64,000 nucleotides of DNA from an uncultured Planctomycetaceae bacterium (GTDB lineage Bacteria; Planctomycetota; Planctomycetia; Pirellulales; PALSA-1355): the NCBI GenBank assembly GCA_963779015.1, contig CAVZWY010000022.1, positions 3,890-67,889 on the forward strand, in the 5' to 3' direction. Below are positions 11,361 through 20,739 of this stretch, in pieces. Below the pieces are notes generated by a model. That model was not told the DNA's origin and searched no databases. It worked only from the letters and a program-made list of their open reading frames with translations. The number at the start of each line of letters is the position of its first letter. Within the stretch, counting starts at the first letter, position 1. A program made the translations under genes and the position numbers.

Positions 11361-11735
11361 TTATTTGTCGGCCCCTTTGTTCTTCTTCGACGGCTTGCTG
11401 CCGCCGGAGCTTTCGCTCTTGCCGGCGCTGTCTGACTTGGCGCTGTCCGACTTGGCGCTGGCGCCCTCGCTCTTGCTGGACGAATCCGAACTCTTCGACG
11501 CGCTGTCGCCGTTTTTGGAACTATCGGCGCTGGCGCCCTTCTTGTACGACTCGCTGCGATAGTCGGTCTGATAGAAGCCCGATCCTTTGAACATAATCGC
11601 GGCGCCGGTGCCAAACAACCGGCGCAGCTTCAGCTTTTTGCACTGGGGGCACTTTTTTTGAATGGGATCGTTGATCCCTTGAAACAGCTCAAACTTATGA
11701 CCGCAGGCGTCACATTCATAGTCATACGTAGGCAT
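11361..11735 (-). CDS. FmdB-family zinc-ribbon protein with a Ser/Lys-rich tail
   Basis: MPTYDYECDACGHKFELFQGINDPIQKKCPQCKK matches the CxxC..CxxC FmdB signature. The start is taken at the internal Met of ORF 11361..11774. Confidence 0.8.
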   Translation of the reverse strand: MPTYDYECDACGHKFELFQGINDPIQKKCPQCKKLKLRRLFGTGAAIMFKGSGFYQTDYRSESYKKGASADSSKNGDSASKSSDSSSKSEGASAKSDSAKSDSAGKSESSGGSKPSKKNKGADK

Positions 11736-11784
11736 AGACGACGTGTCCTGGAGTGGCCGAAAATACTTTTGCACGTGCGCCGAG

Positions 11785-12363
11785 CTAGCTCGATACGATC
11801 ACCTGTGCCGGACGCACGACCCGATCGTACAGCGTGTACCCGTCCTGCACGACCATCATCACCGTGTTGGGCGGATACTCCGCCGAGGGCTGTTGGGAGA
11901 TCGCTTCGTGGAACGCGGGGTCGAACGGCTGGTGCAGCGCGTCGATTCGCTTGCAGTCGTGGCGCCCCAAGACATCGAGCAGCGTCTGTGAGATCATCTT
12001 CACGCCCTCCAGCAGCCCGTTGCCGCCCGGCGACTTCTCGGCAGCCGCGATAGCCCGCGACATGTTGTCCAGCACCGGCAGCAAGTCGTGCAGCAAGGGC
12101 ACGATGGCATGGCGGCGCTCGTCTTCCATTTCGCGGCGCGCGCGTTTGCGAAAGTTGTCCAGCTCGGCCTGGGCGCGCAGCACGCGATCGTTGGCGTCCT
12201 CCAAGTCCGAGCGCAGCTTGTTCAATTCGCCTTCGCTGGCCTCGAGCGCCGCATCGGCCAATTGGCCCGCATCTGACTGATCCGAGCCGGCCCGATCCGA
12301 GCCAGCATTACCAGCGGTTTGTTTTTGTTCGTCGGACATTGATCCAACCTCCGCCCTCGACAC
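11785..12363 (-). CDS. grpE: nucleotide exchange factor GrpE
   Basis: The protein contains LRAQAELDNFRKRARREMEDERRHA and PFDPAFHEAISQ motifs. Confidence 0.92.
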   Translation of the reverse strand: MSRAEVGSMSDEQKQTAGNAGSDRAGSDQSDAGQLADAALEASEGELNKLRSDLEDANDRVLRAQAELDNFRKRARREMEDERRHAIVPLLHDLLPVLDNMSRAIAAAEKSPGGNGLLEGVKMISQTLLDVLGRHDCKRIDALHQPFDPAFHEAISQQPSAEYPPNTVMMVVQDGYTLYDRVVRPAQVIVSS

Positions 12364-12372
12364 GGCGCCACG

Positions 12373-13506
12373 CTAGTGGTCGCCAAAAAACTCTCGCACC
12401 TTGTCAAAAAAGCTCTTGCGGTGCGGGCTCACCTCGACATGATCCTGTTCGGCCAGTTGCCGCAGCAACGTTTCTTGTGCCTCGCTCAATGTCTTGGGCA
12501 CTTCGATGTTCACCTGCACCAGCAAATCGCCGATGCCGCGCCCGCGCGGGCTGGGCAGCCCCTTGCCACGCAGCTTGAACACTTCACCCGACTGCGTGCC
12601 CGCGGGAATCTTCAAATCAATCGGGCCGTCGAGCGTAGGCACTTCCAGCGTCGCGCCCAGCGCCGCCTGCGAATAGGCGATCGGCATGCGCACGATCAGA
12701 TGCTGTCCGTCACGCTGAAACAGCGCGTGCTCCTTGACCGTGATGAAGCAGTAGCAGTCGCCGCGCGGTCCGCCGCTGGGACTGGGCTCGCCCTCGCCGG
12801 GCAGACGCACCCGCATTTGATCGTCGATGCCGGCCGGAATCTGCACTTCGCGCCGCACGTCCTTGAGCACGAAGCCCGCGGCGCGGCACGTCGGGCAAGG
12901 CTCTTTGATCACCGTTCCGCTGCCGTGGCACGACGGACAGGTCGTCTGCACGCGGAAAATGCCGGTGCTCTGGATCACCTGGCCGCGGCCGCCGCAATAC
13001 GGGCACCTGCTGCGTTGCGAACCCGGCTTGGCCCCGCTGCCCTCGCAATCGGTGCAAATCTCGTGGCGTTGGAACTCGACCGTCACCGTGGCGCCGCGCG
13101 CGGCCTGCATCAGGTCGAGCGTCACGTCGCAGCGGACGTCGGCGCCGCGGCTGCTGCGCCGTCTGCGGCCGCCGCCGAACAAATCGCCGAATCCACTATC
13201 GCCGAAGATATCTCCGAACGCGGCAAAGATGTCGTTGACGTCCGCAAAACCGCGGCCGCCCGAGTTGCCGCCGAAGGCCGCGTGGCCATAGCGGTCGTAC
13301 TGGGCCCGCCGCTCGCCGTCGCCCAGCACCTCGAAGGCCTCAGCGCACTCTTTGAACATCACCACGGCTTCGGTGTCGCCGGGGTTCTTGTCCGGGTGAA
13401 ACTTGATCGCCAACTTGCGATATGCGTCGGCAATCTGCTTGTCCGTGGCCGATCGTGTGACGCCCAGGACCTCGTAGTAATCACGTTTACCGGCCATTGA
13501 CGGCAT
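12373..13506 (-). CDS. dnaJ: molecular chaperone DnaJ
   Basis: The protein has a J-domain (DYYEVLGV...HPDKNPGD), a G/F region and four CxxCxGxG zinc-finger repeats. Its stop lies 9 nt before the grpE start. Confidence 0.95.
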   Translation of the reverse strand: MPSMAGKRDYYEVLGVTRSATDKQIADAYRKLAIKFHPDKNPGDTEAVVMFKECAEAFEVLGDGERRAQYDRYGHAAFGGNSGGRGFADVNDIFAAFGDIFGDSGFGDLFGGGRRRRSSRGADVRCDVTLDLMQAARGATVTVEFQRHEICTDCEGSGAKPGSQRSRCPYCGGRGQVIQSTGIFRVQTTCPSCHGSGTVIKEPCPTCRAAGFVLKDVRREVQIPAGIDDQMRVRLPGEGEPSPSGGPRGDCYCFITVKEHALFQRDGQHLIVRMPIAYSQAALGATLEVPTLDGPIDLKIPAGTQSGEVFKLRGKGLPSPRGRGIGDLLVQVNIEVPKTLSEAQETLLRQLAEQDHVEVSPHRKSFFDKVREFFGDH

Positions 13507-13607
13507 GGTTTGGATGCGGTTTCGTTCGTGCGAGGCTCGGTGAATTATAGGGCGCGCCTTGCAAGTGCGTCACCGCCAATTTGCAAAGCCGCGCTTGCGC
13601 CGCAAAC

Positions 13608-13635
13608 GGGCCACTCCAGTCGGCTGAAGTGGCCC
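13608..13635 (-). terminator. GC hairpin between groEL1 and dnaJ (possible attenuator or terminator; no T-tract)
   Basis: GGGCCACT (13608-13615) pairs with AGTGGCCC (13628-13635), about 25 nt downstream of the groEL1 stop. Confidence 0.3.
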
Positions 13636-13660
13636 GGCGTTGCCTGGCTCGCGCGGCATC

Positions 13661-15280
13661 CTAACGAACGCTGCCCTCGACGCGCGTTTTTTCCTTGTCT
13701 TCCTTGTCGAAGTTCGTAACCAAAGCTTCGGTCGTCAGCATCAGTCCGGCGATGCTGGCAGCGTTGCTCAGCGCGGTGCGGACCACTTTGGCCGGATCGA
13801 TAATGCCCGACCTGACCATGTCGACGTACTTGCCCGCGTTCGCGTCGTAGCCGGTGTTGGTGGGCTTCTGGCTCACTTCGTCGACCACGACCGATCCGTC
13901 GATACCGCAGTTGTCCGCAATCTGCTTCATCGGAGCCGACAGCGAGTGCAGCACGATATCGACGCCGATCTTCTCGTCCCCCTTGGCGTGCGAGCGAACG
14001 GCCTCGACGGCTTCGCGGCAACGCAACAGCGCCACGCCGCCGCCGGGCAAAATGCCTTCTTCCACCGCGGCGCGCGTCGCGTGCAGCGCGTCTTCGACGC
14101 GGGCCTTCTTCTGCTTCATGTCGGCTTCCGAAGCGGCTCCGACCGAGACGATCGCCACCCCGCCTGTCAGCTTGGCCAGCCGCTCCTGATACTTCTCTTT
14201 GTCGTAGTCGCTTTCCGTGGCGTCGATCTGATTGCGAATCTGCTGGATGCGATTCTGAATGTCGGCCGGCTTGCCGGCGCCCTTGACCAGCGTGGTCGAT
14301 TCCTTGTCGACCGTGATCTGCTTGGCCTTGCCCAGGTGCTCCAGCGTCAGACTTTCGAGCTTCAGCCCCAGGTCTTCGCTGATCAGCGTGCCGGCGGTCA
14401 GCACGGCGATGTCGCCGAGCATCGCCTTGCGGCGGTCGCCAAAGCCAGGCGCCTTGACGGCACACACGTTCAGCACGCCCCGCAGCTTGTTCACCACCAG
14501 CGTGGTCAGCGCTTCGCCGTCCACGTCCTCGGCGATGATCAACAGCGGGCGGCCGGACTGGGCCGTTTGCTCCAGCAATGGCACCAGCTCGCGCAGATTG
14601 CTGATCTTCTTTTCGTGGATGAGGATCAACGCGTCTTCGAGCTGGCAATCCATTTCCGCTGGACGATTGATGAAATAGGGCGAAATAAAGCCCTTGTCGA
14701 ACTGCATGCCCTCGACCAATTCCTTGGTCGTTTCCAGGGTCTTGCCCTCTTCGACCGTAATCACGCCGTCCTTGCCCACTTTCTCCATGACGTCGGCCAA
14801 CAGCTCGCCGATCTCCGCGTCGTTGTTGGCGCTGATGGCGCCGACCTGGGCGATCTCATCCTTGCTGGAAACCGGCTTGGCCATCGATTGTAGCTTCTCC
14901 ACCGCGGCAGCCACGGCCTTTTCGATGCCGCGACGCACGGCCATGGGATTGCTGCCCGCAGCGATGTTGCGCGTGCCTTCCTTGAAGATGGCCCGCGCCA
15001 GCACGGTGGCGGTCGTCGTGCCGTCACCGGCAATGTCCGAGGTCTTGGAAGCCACTTCGTTCACGAGCTTGGCGCCCATGTTTTCGAAACGGTCTTCGAG
15101 TTCCACTTCTTTGCTGACCGTGACGCCGTCTTTGGTCACCGTCGGGCCGCCAAACGACTTGTCGATGATCACGTTCTTGCCCGTCGGGCCCATCGTGACC
15201 GCGACCGCATCGGCCAGTTTCTCCACCCCGCGCAACATTTTCGCGCGGGCCGTATCTTGGAAGAGTAGTTGCTTTGCCAC
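13661..15280 (-). CDS. groEL: chaperonin GroEL (copy 1)
   Basis: A GTG start gives (M)[18 protein letters not shown], and the [11 protein letters not shown] motif is present. The length is ~539 aa. The longer ORF reaching 15376 is an upstream extension. Confidence 0.95.
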   Translation of the reverse strand: MAKQLLFQDTARAKMLRGVEKLADAVAVTMGPTGKNVIIDKSFGGPTVTKDGVTVSKEVELEDRFENMGAKLVNEVASKTSDIAGDGTTTATVLARAIFKEGTRNIAAGSNPMAVRRGIEKAVAAAVEKLQSMAKPVSSKDEIAQVGAISANNDAEIGELLADVMEKVGKDGVITVEEGKTLETTKELVEGMQFDKGFISPYFINRPAEMDCQLEDALILIHEKKISNLRELVPLLEQTAQSGRPLLIIAEDVDGEALTTLVVNKLRGVLNVCAVKAPGFGDRRKAMLGDIAVLTAGTLISEDLGLKLESLTLEHLGKAKQITVDKESTTLVKGAGKPADIQNRIQQIRNQIDATESDYDKEKYQERLAKLTGGVAIVSVGAASEADMKQKKARVEDALHATRAAVEEGILPGGGVALLRCREAVEAVRSHAKGDEKIGVDIVLHSLSAPMKQIADNCGIDGSVVVDEVSQKPTNTGYDANAGKYVDMVRSGIIDPAKVVRTALSNAASIAGLMLTTEALVTNFDKEDKEKTRVEGSVR

Positions 15281-15382
15281 GATGGCGTTCCTCGTGAGTC
15301 GTTGAATGGTTGAGTGAGTCGTTCCTTTACCGGCGGTCTCGCGCCCCGTCGAGCGGCGTGCTCGCCGGTCCGACATACGCTC

Positions 15383-15499
15383 GGCGAGCCCCCTACAGCA
15401 CCTTGGCGAGCCCCCTACAGCACCTTGGCGAGCCCCCTACAGCACCCTTGGCGAGCCCCCTACAGCACCTTGGCGAGCCCCCTACAGCACCTTGGCGAG
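15383..15499 (-). repeat. tandem repeat of period 22 nt (one 23-nt unit), 5.3 copies, duplicating the 3' end of groES
   Basis: GGCGAG restarts at 15383, 15405, 15427, 15450, 15472 and 15494. Read on the minus strand the unit is GGGGCTCGCCAAGGTGCTGTAG, which is 4 nt plus the last five groES codons (LAKVL) and the TAG stop. Confidence 0.9.
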
Positions 15500-15778
15500 T
15501 ATATCGCCCTCGCGCAGGATCTTGACGTCCTTGCCGGACACTTCGATGTCGCTGCCGGAGTACTTGCCATAGATCACGACGTCGCCGACGCTCACCGAGA
15601 GTTCGCCGCGATTGCCGTTGTCCAGCATTCGACCGGGGCCCACCGACACGACCTTGCCACGCTGCGGTTTTTCCTTCGCCGTATCGGGCAGCACGATGCC
15701 GCCAGACGTTCGCTCTTCCGCTTCCTGGGGTTCGACTACAACGCGGTCGTCGAGGGGACGCAATCGCACGTTCGCCAT
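15482..15778 (-). CDS. groES: co-chaperonin GroES
   Basis: The 98-aa protein reads [44 protein letters not shown]. Confidence 0.95.
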   Translation of the reverse strand: MANVRLRPLDDRVVVEPQEAEERTSGGIVLPDTAKEKPQRGKVVSVGPGRMLDNGNRGELSVSVGDVVIYGKYSGSDIEVSGKDVKILREGDILAKVL

Positions 15779-15871
15779 GGTTGAGTTTCCTTCAAGTGCT
15801 TTGTTGGTTGATGTTTTTTTGAGATGTGCCTAACGCGCCGAGAAAGCGAGATCGGGCCGGGCTTGCGCGAC

Positions 15872-17551
15872 TTACATCATGCCACCCATGCCGCCCATTC
15901 CCATGCCGCCCATTCCTCCCATGCCACCCATGCCGTGGTCGTGGTGGTCGTGATCGCCGGCTTCCTCTTCCGAGGGCACTTCGGTGATCAGCGATTCGGT
16001 GGTCAGCAGCAGCGCGGCCACGCTGGCGGCGTTCTGTAGCGCCGTGCGGACCACTTTTGCCGGGTCGATGATTCCGGCGGCAACCAGATCGCCATAGGTG
16101 TCCCTGTCGGCGTCGTAGCCTTCGTTCTTACCTTTCAACTGCCGCACGCGATTGACCACGACGGCGCCATCGAGGCCCGCGTTTTCGGCAATCGCACGCA
16201 GCGGATAATCGAGCACGTTGCGAACGATGTCCGCGCCAAGCTTTTCGTCACCTTGCACGTCGAGCTTGGCCAGCGAGCTTTCGGCGCGAATCAGGGCCAT
16301 GCCGCCGCCAGGAACGATGCCTTCTTCCAAGGCGGCCTGCGTGGCGGCCTTGGCGTCTTCGAGCAGCGCCTTGCGTTCCTTCATTTCCGTTTCGGTCGCG
16401 GCCCCGCAATTGATCTGCGCCACGCCGCCGGCCAGCTTGGCCAGCCGCTCCTGCAACTTCTCGCGGTCGTACTCGCTGTCGGTCACCTCGATCTCTTTGC
16501 GAATCTGTTCGGCGCGGCCTTCAATGGCCTCTTTCTTGCCGGCCCCGCCCACGATCGTCGTGTTCTCGCTGTCGATCGTGATCTTCCGCGCTTTTCCCAA
16601 ATCGGCGAGCTTCACGCTATCGAGCGAAATGCCCAAGTCTTTGAAGATGGCCGTGCCCGCGGTGAGAGTGGCCAGATCGCCGAGAATCGCCTTGCGGCGA
16701 TCGCCGTAGCCGGGCGCTTTGACGGCACACACATTCAAGATGCCGCGCATCTTGTTGACCACCAACGTGGCCAGGGCCTCGCCCTCCACGTCTTCGGCGA
16801 TGATCAGCAGCGGCTTGTTGGCCTTGCTCACCGCTTCGAGAATGGGCACCAACGTCTTGGCGCTGGAGATCTTTTCTTCATAGATCAGCACCAGGGCGCT
16901 TTCCAGTTCGACCTTCTGATTTTCCTGGTCGGTGACGAAGTGCGGCGACAGATAGCCGCGATCGAACTGCATGCCTTCGACCACTTCGACGTAGGTTTCG
17001 GCCTGGCGCCCTTCCTCGACCGTGATCACGCCGTCCTTGCCCACTTTCAGGAAGGCTTCGGCCAGCACGCTGCCGATCGTCGGATCGTTGTTGCCGGCGA
17101 TGGTCGCCACTTGCATGATCTCTTTCTTGCTCTTCTCGTCGATCGGCGTGGCGCTCTTGGCAATCGCGGCGCTCACCGCCTCGGTGGCCTTGTTGATGCC
17201 GCGCGCCAGGGCCATGGGATCGGCGCCGGCGGCAATCATCTTCAAGCCTTCCTTGAAGATCGCCTCGGCCAGCACGGTGGCGGTCGTGGTGCCGTCGCCC
17301 GCCACGTCGTTCGTCTTGCTGGCGGCTTCCTTCACCAACTGGGCGCCCAGGTTCTCGTACGGATCGTCGAGTTCGACGTTCTCCGCCACGGTCACACCGT
17401 CCTTGGTCACCTTGGGCGAACCCCAACCCTTGTCCAATACCGCGTTACGACCACGCGGGCCCAAAGTGCTGCGAACGGCTCGTGCCAGCTTGCTCACGCC
17501 GGCGGCCAATGCCTTGCGTGCTTCTTCGTCAAAGACCATCTGCTTTGCCAC
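15872..17551 (-). CDS. groEL: chaperonin GroEL (copy 2, His-rich plus GGM-repeat C-terminus)
   Basis: A GTG start gives (M)[14 protein letters not shown], and the protein ends [27 protein letters not shown]. The ORF extension to 17638 is non-homologous. Confidence 0.95.
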   Translation of the reverse strand: MAKQMVFDEEARKALAAGVSKLARAVRSTLGPRGRNAVLDKGWGSPKVTKDGVTVAENVELDDPYENLGAQLVKEAASKTNDVAGDGTTTATVLAEAIFKEGLKMIAAGADPMALARGINKATEAVSAAIAKSATPIDEKSKKEIMQVATIAGNNDPTIGSVLAEAFLKVGKDGVITVEEGRQAETYVEVVEGMQFDRGYLSPHFVTDQENQKVELESALVLIYEEKISSAKTLVPILEAVSKANKPLLIIAEDVEGEALATLVVNKMRGILNVCAVKAPGYGDRRKAILGDLATLTAGTAIFKDLGISLDSVKLADLGKARKITIDSENTTIVGGAGKKEAIEGRAEQIRKEIEVTDSEYDREKLQERLAKLAGGVAQINCGAATETEMKERKALLEDAKAATQAALEEGIVPGGGMALIRAESSLAKLDVQGDEKLGADIVRNVLDYPLRAIAENAGLDGAVVVNRVRQLKGKNEGYDADRDTYGDLVAAGIIDPAKVVRTALQNAASVAALLLTTESLITEVPSEEEAGDHDHHDHGMGGMGGMGGMGMGGMGGMM

Positions 17552-17718
17552 GCGGAGATCCTCCTGGAGCGATCTAGGAACTCGACAGCCCGCTTCGCGG
17601 CACCCGCACTGGGGACCGCCGAAAGTCAGGCCGCGCAAAATTGTCTGTTCGGCTGCGGGCCAAAAAAGCGGACAGTCGCCACAAATGGCAGCCGCCGGCC
17701 CACATTGCCCCCTGCTAA

Positions 17719-17736
17719 CGCAAGGCCTGTGCCAAG
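17719..17736 (-). promoter_or_regulatory. sigma54-type (-24/-12) promoter-like motif upstream of groEL2
   Basis: The minus strand reads TGGCAC-aggcc-TTGC, an exact TGGCAC-N5-TTGC match. It is correctly oriented and ~170 nt upstream of the groEL2 GTG. Confidence 0.3.
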
Positions 17737-17924
17737 CGATCTAGCGACATCACAAAGCGTTTCACCACAATGCGTTACGACCGACCGACCGACCGCTACA
17801 TCCTTCGTCGGCAACGCGTACAATCCGCGGAAAATGCCATTTTGGCAGCACCTGCGCACGCGGCGCAGCGTAGAATTCCTTGATTGAACCGCCCGCGGCC
17901 ACACACATCTCGGGGAGCGAAGTC

Positions 17925-18095
17925 ATGTTGCGCTGGGCCCTTACGTTTCTGATCGTTGCGCTGATTGCCGGCGCGCTTGGTTTCGTGGGACTGGAAGGCC
18001 TGGCCATGCAGATCGCCAGGATTCTGTTCTTCGTGTTCCTGGTGCTCTTCGTGATCGCGCTGCTCACCGGCCGCCGCCCGATGGCCGGTTCGTAA
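17925..18095 (+). CDS. small DUF1328/UPF0391-like membrane protein
   Basis: [47 protein letters not shown] forms two TM helices, a typical YtjA-like sequence. Confidence 0.75.
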   Translation: MLRWALTFLIVALIAGALGFVGLEGLAMQIARILFFVFLVLFVIALLTGRRPMAGS

Positions 18096-18109
18096 AAACG
18101 GGTCAGAAC

Positions 18110-18243
18110 GGCTCTGTAGAGAACTCTACCAGGGTGCTATGTTCGAACCGGTCGAAAGCACGTCGTTGAACTCGAAAATCGCGTGGCTTCTGACTGGACT
18201 GTTTGCCGGTTTCGACGTGTGAGCGAGTGTTTTCTACAGAGCC
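18110..18243 (+). mobile_element. 134-bp MITE-like element, copy A
   Basis: The terminal inverted repeats are GGCTCTGTAGAGAAC... and ...GTTTTCTACAGAGCC. The element is flanked by the 9-bp direct duplication GGTCAGAAC (18101-18109 and 18244-18252). Confidence 0.8.
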
Positions 18244-18251
18244 GGTCAGAA

Positions 18252-18965
18252 CTATTTATTGTGATCGGTACTGGGCAGCTTTTTTGGCCTTCCGCGCGGA
18301 CGGATGGTCAGGTCTAAATCCAGTCGCTTTGCCAGCCGTTTCAGCCACGCCTTGTCGCCATACGGCCGGCCACTCTCGCTGCAACGGCGGATCGCAGCCA
18401 ACTTCCCTTCCGCGATCGGCCGATGCACCTTCCCGGCCCATTTGCGCCGGCGCGTCACCGGATTCGACGAAAGCCCGTCATGGAGCGACAGCGCATCGAT
18501 CAGAACGTCGCTCTTCCCGTCGCCGTGCGCCCGATAACTGCTCCAGGGATATTCTTCCGCGCGGCGTACGATTTTTGCCCGCAGCGGATTGGCCTCGATA
18601 TAGCGCAGCACGGTCAACAGATGCTCGTCGTTCTGGATGACCGGGCTCTTGAAGCGACCCTGCCAGACGTGGCCGCCGGAACGGTGATTTCCGTGATACC
18701 GCCGGGTATGCGATACCAGCAGGCTCTGCATGATGCGGCTGATCGACGCGCCCGTCGGGCGGATCAAGAGGTGGAAATGGTTGTCGAGCAGGCAATAGCC
18801 GTAGAGTTCGAAGGGTTTCCGCTCTTTGAGTTCACCGAGTGCCTTGAGAAAGGCCTCGAAATCTCCTTTTTTCAGGAACACGGGCTGACGGTTATTGCCG
18901 CGATTGATGATGTGGTAAACTAATCCATCATCGACAGGTCGCAGCGGCCGTAGCATGGCCGGCAC
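18252..18965 (-). CDS. REP-associated tyrosine transposase (RAYT) / IS200-like Y1 HUH transposase
   Basis: The protein carries LVYHIINRGNNRQPVF, an HUH motif (NHFHLLIRP), GHVWQGRFKS and RYIEANPLRA...YPWSSY. The ATG at 18956 is an alternative start. Confidence 0.85.
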   Translation of the reverse strand: MPAMLRPLRPVDDGLVYHIINRGNNRQPVFLKKGDFEAFLKALGELKERKPFELYGYCLLDNHFHLLIRPTGASISRIMQSLLVSHTRRYHGNHRSGGHVWQGRFKSPVIQNDEHLLTVLRYIEANPLRAKIVRRAEEYPWSSYRAHGDGKSDVLIDALSLHDGLSSNPVTRRRKWAGKVHRPIAEGKLAAIRRCSESGRPYGDKAWLKRLAKRLDLDLTIRPRGRPKKLPSTDHNK

Positions 18966-19009
18966 TGTAGCGGATCCGCCGCCGACACGTCAAGAAAATA
19001 GTTCTGACC

Positions 19010-19072
19010 GGCTCTGTAGAAAACTCTACCAGGGTGCTATGTTCGAACCGGTCGAAAGCACGTCGTTGAACT
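19010..19072 (+). mobile_element. MITE-like element, partial copy B (left 63 bp only)
   Basis: It matches copy A from GGCTCTGTAGAAAACTCTACCAGGG... to ...CGTCGTTGAACT. Homology stops where the IS66-type terminus begins at 19077. Confidence 0.75.
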
Positions 19073-19216
19073 GCAAGCGTCCGGCCTACCCATTGTGTCG
19101 CTGGGTGGCTTGAGCCAGGGCGCGGCGTTTCTGTCGGCATGCACGTTGGGCGTTAGCGCGGCTTTCTTGCTCGTGCTGCCGATAGTCGCGGACCGACTCG
19201 GGGTGGGCCTGGGCCC

Positions 19217-20739
19217 CAGCCCTTTCAAGCTGTCAGTGATGGCAGCTATCGGTGGGCTTCGAGTTGTTGAAGTTCGTCGTATAACTCGTCACGATGCCTG
19301 GAGTTGAATTGTTTCTCCAGGAGGTGAGGCGATGATTCTTTCCGAGGTGTTTCAGCAGTTTGTCAAAGAGAGCCCGGTGTGCGTGATGGTCAGTGCAACG
19401 TTGGAGAATGTGTTGTCGTCCAAACGAGTGGACGATCTCTTCGCGCGCACGGCGATTCGGCAGCATCCCAGCGAGTTGTTGTTCTCCAGCGTGGCGGATG
19501 TGATGGGGCTGGTGGTGGCCCGGATTCGACCCTCGGTCCATGCCGCCTATCAGGCTCGGGCGGAATCGTTCCAGGTATCGTTGGCCGCGCTGTACGACAA
19601 GCTGCGCGGCATCGAATCGAACGTGTCGCGGACCTTGGTTCGCGAGACGGCCGAGCGGATGGGGGCCATCGTCCGCCAGACAGGCGGCACGTTTCCGGAG
19701 TTGTTGCCCGGTTATCGCACGTTGATCGCCGACGGCAATCATCTGCCAGCCAGCCAGCGGCGTTTGAAGGAACTGCGGACGCTGAACGTGGCGCCGCTGC
19801 CGGGCCATACCGTGGTCGTCTTCGATCCGGCGCTGATGCTGGCCGTGGACGTGCTGCCCTGCGCGGATGGCCATGCCTCGGAACGAACGTTGCTGCCGGC
19901 GTTGTTGGAAAGGCTCGAAGCGAAGGACCTGCTGATCGCCGACCGCAATTTCTGCACCACGCAGTTCTTGCTCGACATCGATCGGCGCGGCGCGTATTTC
20001 TTGATTCGGCAACACGGCAGTTCGCTCAAATACGAACTGGTCGGACGACGACGAAAGATCGGTCGCATCGCCACGGGCATGGTTTACGAGCAGGATCTGC
20101 GGCTTTTGGGGGCCCGCGACGAGACGCCGATCATCCGGCGGATCACGATCAAGTTGGACGAACCGACGCGGGACGGCGACGACGAGATTCACGTGCTGAG
20201 CAACCTGCCGGCCAAAATCAAGGCCTTGAAACTGGCGACGTTGTATCGCCAGCGGTGGACCGTGGAAGGCGCGTTTCAAGAACTGGAAGCTCATCTGAAG
20301 AGCGAGATCGAAACGCTGGCCTATCCGCAAGCGGCGTTGTTCGCGTTTTGTCTGGCGTTGGTTTCTTACAACGTGCTGAGCGTGGTCCGGGCCGCGCTGC
20401 GCGGCGCTCACGGCCACGACAAGGTCGAGAACGAAGTTTCCAGCTACTACCTGGCCGACGAAGTGGCCGGCGTCTCGCGCGGCCTGACGATCCTGTTGCC
20501 CGGCGACTTCTGGCACGAACGGTTCGCCCAACAAACGCCGAGCCAAATGGCCCAGCTCCTGCTGGCCTGGGCGCGTCAGGTGCGACTCTCCGCATTCCGC
20601 AAACATCGACGCGGACCGAAAAAGAAACCGCCGAAATCCAACAGCAAAAAAGGCCGCGGCCATATCGCCACCCAAAAAATACTCGACGCGCGAAAACGAA
20701 CGCCAGCACTGCATTAACTGACAGCTTGAAAGGACTGGC
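19217..20739 (+). mobile_element. IS4-family insertion sequence (1523 bp) nested in IS66 tnpC
   Basis: The terminal IRs are CAGCCCTTTCAAGCTGTCAGT and ACTGACAGCTTGAAAGGACTGGC, with a 17-bp perfect core. An 8-bp target duplication, CTGGGCCC, sits at 19209-19216 and 20740-20747. Confidence 0.8.
19332..20717 (+). CDS. IS4-family DDE transposase
   Basis: The 461-aa protein has LIADRNF, a YRQRWTVEGAFQELEAHLK (Y-x2-R-x3-E-x6-K-like) signature and DDE spacing. Confidence 0.85.
   Translation: MILSEVFQQFVKESPVCVMVSATLENVLSSKRVDDLFARTAIRQHPSELLFSSVADVMGLVVARIRPSVHAAYQARAESFQVSLAALYDKLRGIESNVSRTLVRETAERMGAIVRQTGGTFPELLPGYRTLIADGNHLPASQRRLKELRTLNVAPLPGHTVVVFDPALMLAVDVLPCADGHASERTLLPALLERLEAKDLLIADRNFCTTQFLLDIDRRGAYFLIRQHGSSLKYELVGRRRKIGRIATGMVYEQDLRLLGARDETPIIRRITIKLDEPTRDGDDEIHVLSNLPAKIKALKLATLYRQRWTVEGAFQELEAHLKSEIETLAYPQAALFAFCLALVSYNVLSVVRAALRGAHGHDKVENEVSSYYLADEVAGVSRGLTILLPGDFWHERFAQQTPSQMAQLLLAWARQVRLSAFRKHRRGPKKKPPKSNSKKGRGHIATQKILDARKRTPALH

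Noticed and set aside
15383-15499. Possible CRISPR array.
   Set aside because: The repeats are contiguous with no spacers and a period of only 22 nt. They are copies of the groES 3' end, and no cas genes are present.
15310-15784. Plus-strand ORFs encoding repeated [12 protein letters not shown] peptides.
   Set aside because: They are just the translation of the 22-nt tandem array on the strand opposite groES and groEL, and they overlap groES.
15872-15960. His-rich and GGM-repeat tail of GroEL2 as a novelty.
   Set aside because: Gly-Gly-Met C-terminal repeats are a well-known GroEL feature, and histidine-rich variants occur in multi-copy chaperonin genomes.
15779-17760. CIRCE/HrcA operator or an obvious RpoH-type promoter in front of groES or groEL.
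   Set aside because: I searched the three spacers by eye for TTAGCACTC-N9-GAGTGCTAA and for CTTGAAA...CCCCAT and found no convincing match.
18110-18243. Interpreting the 134-bp repeats purely as REPINs mobilised by the adjacent RAYT.
   Set aside because: All three full copies have 9-10-bp direct target duplications, which Y1/HUH transposition is not expected to produce. I kept this as an open alternative in the findings, not as a call.
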